Numbered from the stretch's first letter, positions 55,201 to 63,318 are shown. The stretch: DNA of 64,000 nucleotides from Bdellovibrionales bacterium (GCA_965199825.1 OZ241329.1:992001-1056000), one strand, 5' to 3'. The notes: generated by a model not told the origin, from the letters alone. A program made the numbers and translations.

Positions 55201-56316
55201 AGGCGTTTGCTGCATTTCTACAGCAACTCGAAACAAAGGCTTAGACGAATTTTTGCTTGCCGCAACAATTTGATCAAAAGGGATGCTGTCGTGCATAGAA
55301 GTTGATTGCAAAATTTGTGTGGTCTGATGAACCAACTGATCGAAGTTGATATCCTCAGTAAAATCTGCAGGAAGGGCTAGCGTGTTGACAAAAAAACCGA
55401 TGGTCTTTTCAAATTCACTTTGCTTGCGATTGAACGTGGTCGTACCAACCACAGATCTTTCAGTACGTGTGGTGCGATATATCAATGCGTGAACAGCAGA
55501 CAATAAAACTGTGAATGGCGAAAGTCCTCTTTGCTCACAAAACATATTTAGTTTAGTTTTTAATTTTGAGTCTAAATCTCCGTAGGTGGTTTCTGACAAA
55601 CCCAAGGGTTGAGGAAAATTGCCGCATAAATTGGTATGTGAAATTTCTTTTTCCAGTAATCTGCCCCAAAATTCAATAGATCCTTTATTTTTCAAATTCT
55701 CGATGGTTTGATTTTCCCAATTTGCAAACTCGGAGTATTGAGGGGCTTCATGAAGTTCTAAACCAAGTCCTTTGCGCTTGGCCGCATAGATCGAGCTGAG
55801 CTCTGAAAAAAAGAGGCCAAGCGACCAGCCATCGATAATAATATGATGAAACAAAATAGCTAAAACATATTGGTCTTTGGTCTTTTCATAAAAAGCACAG
55901 CGAAAACCAGGCTCATTAATCAATTTAAATGGTCTCTTTACAAATTCCTCTGTCCAAAGCTGAATGTTTTCAGCTGACGAAGGGCGCTCGAGAAAAAAGT
56001 TGTCGCTATCTAATGGCAATAAATGTGGAAAGTGATCTTCATCAAGAGAGAAAAAAACGGACCTTAAAATTTCGTGTCTTGAAACGATCTCTCTTAGTGA
56101 TTCTTCAAGGTCTTTCCAATTGAGTTCTCCATATAGATTTAAAATAACTGGGATGTGATAGGTATTTGAGTCGGGATCCAAAAGTTGCAGCATCCACAAG
56201 CGATGTTGAGAGGGAGAAATCGGTGATGTTGCATCAATGATGCTCGCCACTTCATCGCTTGTCAGATTGTCCAGTTGATTAGTTTTATGGAAGCTCATCG
56301 GAAAATCGCACGGCAT
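52282..56316 (-). CDS. Termination-type NRPS module C-A(Gln/Glu-like)-T-TE
   Basis: HHIIIDG, YTSGSTGQPKG, YGPTE, GGQS T domain; TE motifs FHPMGG, GWSMGG, THY. Confidence 0.93.
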   Translation of the reverse strand: MPCDFPMSFHKTNQLDNLTSDEVASIIDATSPISPSQHRLWMLQLLDPDSNTYHIPVILNLYGELNWKDLEESLREIVSRHEILRSVFFSLDEDHFPHLLPLDSDNFFLERPSSAENIQLWTEEFVKRPFKLINEPGFRCAFYEKTKDQYVLAILFHHIIIDGWSLGLFFSELSSIYAAKRKGLGLELHEAPQYSEFANWENQTIENLKNKGSIEFWGRLLEKEISHTNLCGNFPQPLGLSETTYGDLDSKLKTKLNMFCEQRGLSPFTVLLSAVHALIYRTTRTERSVVGTTTFNRKQSEFEKTIGFFVNTLALPADFTEDINFDQLVHQTTQILQSTSMHDSIPFDQIVAASKNSSKPLFRVAVEMQQTPYGHLKLSGLKVDVQQPARRQAKFDLTFFFFEGDQKLSLQVEYDSNAYSASQIESLRSVFVSQLNSALSNPKEALLRLPLEANEAVDTLRGPTCDIEQTSLWESFESVALKRGPITALCDQDSELSFSELRKLSLRIASGLQQNGVKAGDHIGIMSDREVAPIAAILALWALGAAYVPLDPIAPDARLEFMVRDANISCVLTTHEPQKKFLNLSCPTLSLQTLMKSSLPIGLPSRSGSNDVAYLIYTSGSTGQPKGCQIRTQGVKNLKKSLENTLCVSEKEAPRRISLNAPLTFDASVQQIVLLLIGHTLCIVPLEFRTDAEKLLEWLIDQRVDLFDCTPSHLKFLLEHGDLNQTKLRQVLVGGEAIHSRLWTQLANSDEIEFYNVYGPTECTVDSTIYRIDRSTPHPTLGSPTYNTEFYAVDETGSLLPREVPGELVIRSPQVADGYLNHTELTLARFIPSDKQGGLASYRTGDMVRLRRDGTAQFLGRVDDQVKIRGHRIELQEIRNVLLIHPGVQDAAVFAESNFQNELELHAYIQQKNSHLLTIDNLRLHFKSRLPESFIPTWFHSVETMLINSNGKLDHSRLRSSSKLFDRANGNLREYSPPTDLFESRMQIIWQSLLGQDSIGIENNFFHLGGQSLLAARLIHRVRQQFGTQLTSAEFFQNPTIREMAMICKKRNPISRLASHLIMLSGGEPHRAPLYCFHPMGGDIFVYGQLVANTDGLTPIFAIQSRALDDPSLEYSNSKNMTEAYAQEIFGHLGTKRECMLMGWSMGGLLAMEVAARLEDRGINVLSVELWDCGVRENILPLPSELDWLRGYSSVLNSLASSIGHELTVDDRTEIKEGLKEVPGAALAAWLLNWTKKKWNLNLEVDASYVARLAELSARHAMLFYNFTQPTLSASIHAVWADHSLQNKLLHKTNWKSCTRGRYTEQIIADATHYTLMRKPFVSRLTQNLFDRMALNNLKTGSSF

Positions 56317-56661
56317 AAATTAAAAAAATCAGAAATATAAAATCAAGTTTAATAATTCTTTACTTAATACAGCCGTGGCCTCCCGCCCTTTTGGCTCTAT
56401 CGTTGAAGCAGATAAAAAATCAAATAATTAAATTAGGAAATTTTATTCTGTTTGCTAAAAAATTTGGTTCTCGTTCTGGCCCCTATCTCACTCACTCCAA
56501 AAATCTCAGCTTCAAATGTTCAATACTCAATTCTTGAGTGCCAGTTTTCAATGTTCCACTTGACCATGGTATCGTCGATCTAACAAAGTGCTAGGTCTAA
56601 TTTTTTTGTGGTGCGCCGATGATAAGCTGATAACATCTCCTTATTTACATCGAGGTTCAGC

Positions 56662-57153
56662 ATGCAAAAATCTTGTTATTTATTCTGTGTGTTTTTAATT
56701 TTGGCAGGAACTTTGTCTTTTGCCCAAAAGATCAAACAATCAAATCCCTGCTTAAACTTTAAAATTTCGAAGGTTTATATTCTCAAAAAAGAGATGAACG
56801 ACGAGGCCAATCATAAAGGTTGTTTTTCTGAAGACAGCCCCTGCTATGTTAATATTAAAACGACTCAAGGAATAACAAGACGTTTTAGATTTCTTTTACC
56901 GTCGACCGATACAGATGAGCACATAGGTTATTCCTCACAGTGCGAAGGAGCAAACCTTGACAGCCACGGATCGATTGCTGATCTCGTTTTGCCAAAGGGC
57001 TGCAATATATCGATAAATTTTCCTGTCGCTAAAACAGGAGATCCCGTAACGGTGTGTGATTGCTCGGCCTCCATATGCAAGAAGCACGAAGAACAAATTC
57101 ATCCAACATCGAACCGTTCGGAAAAATCAAAAAATAGTGATACTACGCCTTAG
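56662..57153 (+). CDS. Secreted Cys-rich protein, paralogue 1
   Basis: Signal peptide; 8 mature Cys; aligns with 57921..58388. Confidence 0.8.
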   Translation: MQKSCYLFCVFLILAGTLSFAQKIKQSNPCLNFKISKVYILKKEMNDEANHKGCFSEDSPCYVNIKTTQGITRRFRFLLPSTDTDEHIGYSSQCEGANLDSHGSIADLVLPKGCNISINFPVAKTGDPVTVCDCSASICKKHEEQIHPTSNRSEKSKNSDTTP

Positions 57154-57178
57154 AATCTTTTAAAAAGGAGTTTCAAAC

Positions 57179-57573
57179 ATGATTGCTAACCCTACTAGTT
57201 TTATTTATGCGCATTGCTCGCACTTATTTTTGTAGGGCTTTCGGTACGAGTCATTTCTTATAGGGTGAAGACCAAAGTTTTATTGGGATTTGGTGACAGC
57301 CCTAATCTGAATGTGGCAATCCGGACTCACGCAAATTTTTCCGAATACGTTCCGCTCGCATTAATACTCTTATTTGGGATCGAAAATTTTGGTTACTCGC
57401 CTACCTTAGTTCACATTTTTGGTTCAATTTTGGTTTTTGCTCGACTGGCTCACATCCATGGAGTTGCAACAAATCAAAGTCCTGGGGTGGGTCGTCCAGT
57501 GGGCACGATATTAACCTTACTTGTGATTGGTTTGAGCTCGCTGCTGATTTTGCTCAAATTCTTCATCGTTTGA
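57179..57573 (+). pseudogene. MAPEG-family (YecN-like) membrane protein, frameshifted near the 5' end
   Basis: IRTHANFSEYVP and ARLAHIHG motifs; aaggag-ATG at 57179 is one base out of frame with the body starting at 57214. Confidence 0.7.
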
Positions 57574-57920
57574 TCTAGGACATCTCTGAGACAAAAATTG
57601 AATTTTGAAAACTCATCGGCAAGTTGCTCAACATCGAACGATCCCGACGATAAACTCATTGAAAGCATGTCTTGCTCAAGCAATCGGTTAAGATCATAAG
57701 CCATCGCAAATATTCCTTTGAAAAATATTTTTATTTTGTCTCAAATTCTAAGGTGATATCTCACAGCTCGCCAACTGGTTTTATATACATTTGCACATTT
57801 TGGTCTGGCTTAAGTCAGCGGCTTGATTCATTTGCCTCGATGGCCGAGGATAATCCAAGATAAGGTACCTAAATAAATTCGTAACCATTAATCACCTTAG
57901 CTTCATAGAGGATCAAAATA

Positions 57921-58388
57921 GTGTTGAGCAAAATATTTTGTGGAGTTCTCATTTTAATTGGGACAATTTCAAATGCCCAACAGGCGGCGTCGTGTTCAAG
58001 TATAAAGATCACTAGGGTTCACATACTCCATAACGAACCAAATGATGGCATGAACCACAAAGGATGTTTTGATAAAAGTATTCCGTGTTTTATCGATATC
58101 GAAACACCGGGTGGGCAAAAAAAACGCATTCCATTTCTCTCCCCGGCTCCAGCGGATAAAGATAACATGGGATTTTCATGGCAATGTGATGGTGTTGATC
58201 TCGACAGCAAGGGCTCAATTGCAGATCTCAGTTTACCTTCGAACTGTAGGATCTCGGTCCATTTTGCGACCTCTCCAAATGCGGAGACAAAAAATCAGTG
58301 CGAATGCACTCAAAAATCTTGTAGTGGGCCTGGGCAAATTCCTCAACCCGCAACTCCGAAAGAAAAAGAGAACGACGCTATCTCTTAG
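57921..58388 (+). CDS. Secreted Cys-rich protein, paralogue 2
   Basis: Signal peptide; shares NHKGCF, GSIADL.LP..C and C.C....C with paralogue 1; gagga SD. Confidence 0.8.
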   Translation: MLSKIFCGVLILIGTISNAQQAASCSSIKITRVHILHNEPNDGMNHKGCFDKSIPCFIDIETPGGQKKRIPFLSPAPADKDNMGFSWQCDGVDLDSKGSIADLSLPSNCRISVHFATSPNAETKNQCECTQKSCSGPGQIPQPATPKEKENDAIS

Positions 58389-58471
58389 TTAATTGGTTAT
58401 CATGAATTTGTTGTAATCTGCAGACTTCCAAACGGACGCAGGACTGTAAACCAATTTGAAAAAACTAACTC

Positions 58472-59173
58472 TTATTTTGCAATGGCATCTATAAAATTTA
58501 GAATGCCATTTGAAACGGTTTTGCGATCTTCAGTCAAAATAAATGGAAAATGACCTGCGCCCTTAATTTCAAGATTTTGAATTCTGTTATTCAGTTCGGA
58601 GTAGGTGCGCACGCGCCGCGCAGGAACACGAATATCATTTCCACCAAAAATATTTAAGATTGGCAAATTCAAATCGATTATAAATCTTCTTGCATCATAG
58701 GTTGGTGCAAATTCACTCCAGATACGATCAAAAAATACTTGGTTAAATTTCTTGTTCAGTTGCTCAATTAAATATGCAGCCTCTTTGATTTCGTGTGGTG
58801 CAAAGAAAACTTGATCTACACTTGGATTGTTAATTTTCCGAAGTTTAAGTTCCGCCTCGTATTCGGCGGTAACATCGTCACTACAAACAAAAGAACCAAT
58901 CAAAACCAGGCCTTTGATGTTCAAATTTGTTTTTTGTCGAAGATACTCAATCGCAAGTGCTCCGCCCCAGGAGTGGCCAACAAGAACCGTATCCTTGTCA
59001 CTTTTGGCGAAGTCACCTACTTCGTCAATAAGATCGGTAACGTTGTTAGAGTTAGTTTGAGTTTGCGAATAAAAAACGCATTCGATCCGACCCGGAAATT
59101 GATCGGCAAAAAAATGCTCGAGGTAATCAGTATTTCCGGGGCCGCCGTGTAAAAATAGAGCGCGTGTTACCAT
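58472..59173 (-). CDS. Alpha/beta hydrolase (proline-iminopeptidase-like motifs)
   Basis: LHGGPG, GHSWGG, GGNDIRVP and GAGHFP. Confidence 0.85.
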   Translation of the reverse strand: MVTRALFLHGGPGNTDYLEHFFADQFPGRIECVFYSQTQTNSNNVTDLIDEVGDFAKSDKDTVLVGHSWGGALAIEYLRQKTNLNIKGLVLIGSFVCSDDVTAEYEAELKLRKINNPSVDQVFFAPHEIKEAAYLIEQLNKKFNQVFFDRIWSEFAPTYDARRFIIDLNLPILNIFGGNDIRVPARRVRTYSELNNRIQNLEIKGAGHFPFILTEDRKTVSNGILNFIDAIAK

Positions 59174-59370
59174 TTTGATTTTTTAGTCGCTTTGGCTAAA
59201 TGCAAGCAAGCACCAAATCTTTGTGATCACATGCACTTTTAGTCTTAGTCAAAAAATTCAACTGTATTGAGAGCCTTACCTTTCAAAAAAATTAAACCTC
59301 GCACGACTTAATGGGAATTCAACTTGGTGCCTCTCCTATAAGAAACAGGAGAAGCTCTTTCTTTTCAAAA

Positions 59371-59655
59371 TTAAGCCTTCCGTTCAATGCGCAAATAAAC
59401 CAATGCGCCAAGAGCTGCTCCAATCAATGGGGCAAACCAAAACATCCAGAGTTGATCCATGGCCCAGCCCCCTGTGGGAAGGGCTTGTGAGGTGGATCGC
59501 GCGGGGTTCACCGAAGCATTGGTCACAGGAATTAAAATCAAATGGATCAACATCAATGTTGCACCGATGGTGAGAGGCGCAAATTGTTCGCCTGGTGAGT
59601 GTAAACCAAAACCGTTTGAAGCAAATCCTTTTGTGACTTCAAAATTGGGATAACC
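59371..59655 (-). pseudogene. aqpZ: Aquaporin Z remnant (C-terminal half with an internal deletion)
   Basis: [13 protein letters not shown] joined via EQ to [38 protein letters not shown]; the first NPA half is absent. Confidence 0.85.
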
Positions 59656-59711
59656 CGATATTTATTAAATAAAACGGTAACTAGTTTTACGCCATCAAAG
59701 GCCACGACACT

Positions 59712-61052
59712 TTATTTTAAAGAAATCAAACATACCGAATCGGTCACAGTGACGGAAAGCTTACCGTCTGTGGCCGAAAGAGGGCGCCATGCTGAATCAG
59801 CACCGATACAAAACTGGTGGATCGATTGAAAGGAACGGGTCGTTGTCAGTGTGATTTCTTTTGAAACCACCGGTTGGTCAACGTACGTGTCAGGATTGTA
59901 GCCTTGGGTTCCGATCCAGATCGCTAGGTAAAAGGTGCCATCCCGTTTTTGTAACAGCACGGTTTGGACGTCTTGGGTTGGACCGCCCAATAAAAAATCG
60001 AGTTTTCCTGCCACGAAGGAATCTCCCGGATCTTTTAACACAGAGATGAGGTCTTTGAGATTGTTAAAGGCAGGCTTAGGAGTGCCATCATTGCGGATTA
60101 AGCCGTAATGCATTTCTGAATTAGTTGAATCTGTTCCCTGATCAAAAAATTCATAACTAAAAGTATGCTCAATACCTAAATTAAAATAATATAAAAAAAG
60201 ACGAGGCATGTATTTTCCCGCTATACCTTCGCTCACACCATTACCCGTTCCGGGAAGTGTATAATAACCGGTCTCTGTCACAACCGTTGGATGTGTTGCA
60301 ACTTCAAAAGCCGAGAAATTTGCAAGTGCCCAATTTAAGCTGCCATAATAATATCCGTTTTGAAGTCCACCCCAGCCAAGCGTTTCAGGATTTCTGCCTG
60401 CAGGATAAGGATGAATGTTATTGTGTGTCGCAGATGCAAAAGAATCTGCAACGCTTAAAACATCAGCCGCCCATATCACCGAAGGTGCGTAGATTGGCAA
60501 TGCAGAAGTGGTATTTAAATTTTTAAACGTCTGGTAAAGATCAAGCTGATAAGCAGTAGTCATTTGACTCCACGATGACCCATGCATGTTCTGAAAATAA
60601 CCATCGGGCTCATTGATACCTTCGATCGCATCTAGCCGAGATAAACCGATTAAGTTTGCATAATTAACCGCAGCGGCAGCTCCCCCGTAGTTGGGATCGC
60701 ATTGCAAAGTAAATTTGATCCCTAAGGTTTGATTTAAGTCCTTGAGCAATGCCAATTGCGAGTTCGAGGGATCAACTTCAGACACTCGCAAATGCCGAAT
60801 GCCCAGTTCTTTGAGTCGCGGTTTGATTGTTGACCCAAAAGCGTTTTGATAAACCGTTCCATCAAGATGGCTGTTTGTTCCAATCGAATCCACAAACTGA
60901 TCAGCCATTCGGGCCTGGGTTCCGGTAGGATCCGAAACCACAGAAAGATTAGAATCGCTAGATAGGGTGATGTATTGAACTTTAAAACCCTGACCACAAG
61001 CCTGGATAAATAGGCCTACAATTGCGATCAATATGAATCTTACTCTCACCAT
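59712..61052 (-). CDS. Lipoprotein glycoside hydrolase of clan GH-A (GH5/GH39-like)
   Basis: Lipobox IQAC; acid/base motif EGINEPD, NIHPY, nucleophile motif VVTETGY, YGLIRNDGTPKPA. Confidence 0.75.
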   Translation of the reverse strand: MVRVRFILIAIVGLFIQACGQGFKVQYITLSSDSNLSVVSDPTGTQARMADQFVDSIGTNSHLDGTVYQNAFGSTIKPRLKELGIRHLRVSEVDPSNSQLALLKDLNQTLGIKFTLQCDPNYGGAAAAVNYANLIGLSRLDAIEGINEPDGYFQNMHGSSWSQMTTAYQLDLYQTFKNLNTTSALPIYAPSVIWAADVLSVADSFASATHNNIHPYPAGRNPETLGWGGLQNGYYYGSLNWALANFSAFEVATHPTVVTETGYYTLPGTGNGVSEGIAGKYMPRLFLYYFNLGIEHTFSYEFFDQGTDSTNSEMHYGLIRNDGTPKPAFNNLKDLISVLKDPGDSFVAGKLDFLLGGPTQDVQTVLLQKRDGTFYLAIWIGTQGYNPDTYVDQPVVSKEITLTTTRSFQSIHQFCIGADSAWRPLSATDGKLSVTVTDSVCLISLK

Positions 61053-61165
61053 CTAGATTTATCGGTTACTCAAACTCACACAATAAGTTTATCTCAAAAT
61101 GCGACAAAATTTTGGTTATTCCAAAGTTGATTGCAAGACCAGCAAAAACAAAGCAAAACCAAAAC

Positions 61166-61513
61166 ATGAACGAAGAACTATTAAGACAGGTTGTTTTTTT
61201 GCTCGTCCGATTTACCGAGGCAGGTGCAGCCCTGGTTATTTTTACGGGCGCGCTGGTGAGTTTTTGTCAGTTTCTTTATCAAGGACTGATTTTTCGCAAA
61301 CCAGAATCCTTTGTCAAAGTCCGATTGATGCTCGGGCGCTTTCTCGCATTGGGTTTGGAGTTTCAGTTGGCGTCTGATCTTTTACGAACCGCGGTTGCTC
61401 CAACATTTGAAGAGATCGGTAAGCTTGCTGCTGTCGCATTGATTCGAACCGCTCTCAATTTATTTTTAAGTCATGAAATTCGAAATGAAGGTGGCGTTGA
61501 ACAACGACCTTAA
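61166..61513 (+). CDS. DUF1622 membrane protein
   Basis: LGRFLALGLEFQLASDLLRT..P..IGKLAAVALIRTALNLFL. Confidence 0.88.
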   Translation: MNEELLRQVVFLLVRFTEAGAALVIFTGALVSFCQFLYQGLIFRKPESFVKVRLMLGRFLALGLEFQLASDLLRTAVAPTFEEIGKLAAVALIRTALNLFLSHEIRNEGGVEQRP

Positions 61514-61763
61514 TCACCTTCTTGTGTTGGTGTGTAGTGTGTTCGGAGTGATCGCATTTTTTTCGCCGCTGGCTGGTGCGGCAAATCTTTCTCATGCACT
61601 TGCACTGGCTCTTGATTTTTGGACCGCAGGGGGACTCATTCGCTTAACCGGAGTTCCGAGTTGGTCGGCGATTGAGATCGTTGCTGCCTTGATTGTGTTG
61701 AGAAAGATCACACGATTTTCGATTCATTATTCAATCAAAACTCAGGCACGTTTGTTGGAGTGA
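61473..61763 (+). CDS. DUF1622-like partner membrane protein
   Basis: ALDFWTAGGLIRL..PSWSAI..AALIVLR; start uncertain (possibly GTG 61491). Confidence 0.6.
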   Translation: MKFEMKVALNNDLNHLLVLVCSVFGVIAFFSPLAGAANLSHALALALDFWTAGGLIRLTGVPSWSAIEIVAALIVLRKITRFSIHYSIKTQARLLE

Positions 61764-61793
61764 AGTTCTGATCAACCGTCAGAAAGAACTAGT

Positions 61794-62789
61794 ATGATTT
61801 TTAGGCGCCAAAGTTTGTTACTTTTGATGTTCACGTTGCCAATTTTTGCAACAGCCCAAATTGTGAGTGATGAGGTTCCGGTTGACCGTGTGCCTATTCG
61901 AAGTTGGTTACAAAACGCTTTAAACAATTTAAGTAACCACCCGGAGATCAACAAAAGCGTACTTGATAAATACCCTCGAACAGCAGAGTTGATAAAAAAA
62001 GAACTTCAGTTTTTAGATACAGTGTCGTTTCATATCGCTGATAACGAACAAGCATGTCAATCAACTGGTTCTCCCCAAGGATCCGGTTGGAAGATTGTAA
62101 TTGTGGATGGTCCCGGGCGACCTGCCTATGTGCATTTGAACGAACTCCGCAGTGATGGGATCAACATTTGCCCCGCTTATTTCAAAGCCACAGATACAGA
62201 CCAAATTCAGATCGTAATCCACGAACTTGCTCACTTTGTTGGGGTTGATGAAGAAGATGTTGCGGACTCGGTTTCTATCACAGCAGCCTTTTTGAATTTT
62301 CAAGCATCGAATGTGACAGACTATGTTTGGGAATTTCCAAAACTGACGTCATTGTGGCAAGAACTTTACATCTGGAGTTTTAAGCCAACTTTTTTTGAAA
62401 AAGAGGGCGCTCTTTCTGAAATGACTTTAAAAACCCCAACTGATTTATATAACTCTCTAGAAAATCACAAAATCAAACACCGTATTTTTTTAAACACCAC
62501 CGAAAAACGAATGGGCTACTCTTTGTACTGCGCAATTGCCTCCTCGCTAACTGAGCCAGATGGAAAAGGGGATGGCGGTGAAAATGTTGTTTCGGTGCCT
62601 TATCCTAATGATCAGGTTCAATTAAAGGTTTATCAGTTGCGAACAGGAATTTCGGCATCAAACACGATGGTCGGATTAAGTAATCATGAGTTGCACATCC
62701 AATTTTACTGTATAACTTCGGCACCCATTTTATCGCGAGAAATGATTTTGAATTTGATTAAAAGTCATATGCTGGCTGGACCTAAATAG
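61794..62789 (+). CDS. Secreted putative zinc metalloprotease
   Basis: Signal peptide; INICPAYF..IVIHELAHFVG..EE zincin-like motif. Confidence 0.6.
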   Translation: MIFRRQSLLLLMFTLPIFATAQIVSDEVPVDRVPIRSWLQNALNNLSNHPEINKSVLDKYPRTAELIKKELQFLDTVSFHIADNEQACQSTGSPQGSGWKIVIVDGPGRPAYVHLNELRSDGINICPAYFKATDTDQIQIVIHELAHFVGVDEEDVADSVSITAAFLNFQASNVTDYVWEFPKLTSLWQELYIWSFKPTFFEKEGALSEMTLKTPTDLYNSLENHKIKHRIFLNTTEKRMGYSLYCAIASSLTEPDGKGDGGENVVSVPYPNDQVQLKVYQLRTGISASNTMVGLSNHELHIQFYCITSAPILSREMILNLIKSHMLAGPK

Positions 62790-62838
62790 TTTATGTCAGT
62801 GGAAATTAGAGTCGTCAAAAAATTGAAATATGGTTGGA

Positions 62839-63318
62839 TCAAAGCCTCAGTGAACTCTCGATAGCCTTTGAACTCAATCCGCTTTTTAGAAAAGACTCGA
62901 GCATCAATGCCAACGCTTGCTTCATTCGCTCACGGGTTACAACCGAGAGACTGACATTCCTCCGACGCGCATCTTCGCGATCAAAAGTCGAAATAAGATA
63001 GCCCTCTTTGATCGCGTCATGGAGATAAAGTTGAGTCGTCCGTGGATTGATGGATAAAGCTTGGTCGCGCACCACTCCAATATTTATCAATCCATCCTGG
63101 TCCCCATGAAGATAAATGTATTCAAAAATCATCCACAAAAATGGCCTTCTCAACTCATGAATCTCAGGAAAAGCTTCATTAATAATCTTACGATCTTGGC
63201 CATGCAAACGAGTGAATGAAAGGATTTTTTCAGAAGTCGACAGCGATTTTGCACACCCCTCGACAGCCTGCCCTTGAACACAAAAGCTGACTAAAACAAC
63301 AATAAAAAACTTTTTCAT
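62839..63318 (-). CDS. Signal-peptide-bearing protein with a MarR-like winged-helix domain
   Basis: MKKFFIVVLVSFCVQGQA leader; INPRTTQLYLHDAIKEGYL..DREDARRRNVSLS wing motif. Confidence 0.6.
   Translation of the reverse strand: MKKFFIVVLVSFCVQGQAVEGCAKSLSTSEKILSFTRLHGQDRKIINEAFPEIHELRRPFLWMIFEYIYLHGDQDGLINIGVVRDQALSINPRTTQLYLHDAIKEGYLISTFDREDARRRNVSLSVVTRERMKQALALMLESFLKSGLSSKAIESSLRL

Noticed and set aside
39745..56316. Siderophore cluster (Asp/Ser modules, EntD-like PPTase)
   Set aside because: No Asp hydroxylase, ornithine monooxygenase, catechol genes or TonB-dependent receptor nearby, so it is not supported, though trans-acting genes cannot be excluded
40429..56316. Syrbactin (glidobactin/syringolin) type cluster
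   Set aside because: The PKS lacks a DH domain and a terminal TE, and the A-domain codes do not fit Lys-containing syrbactins
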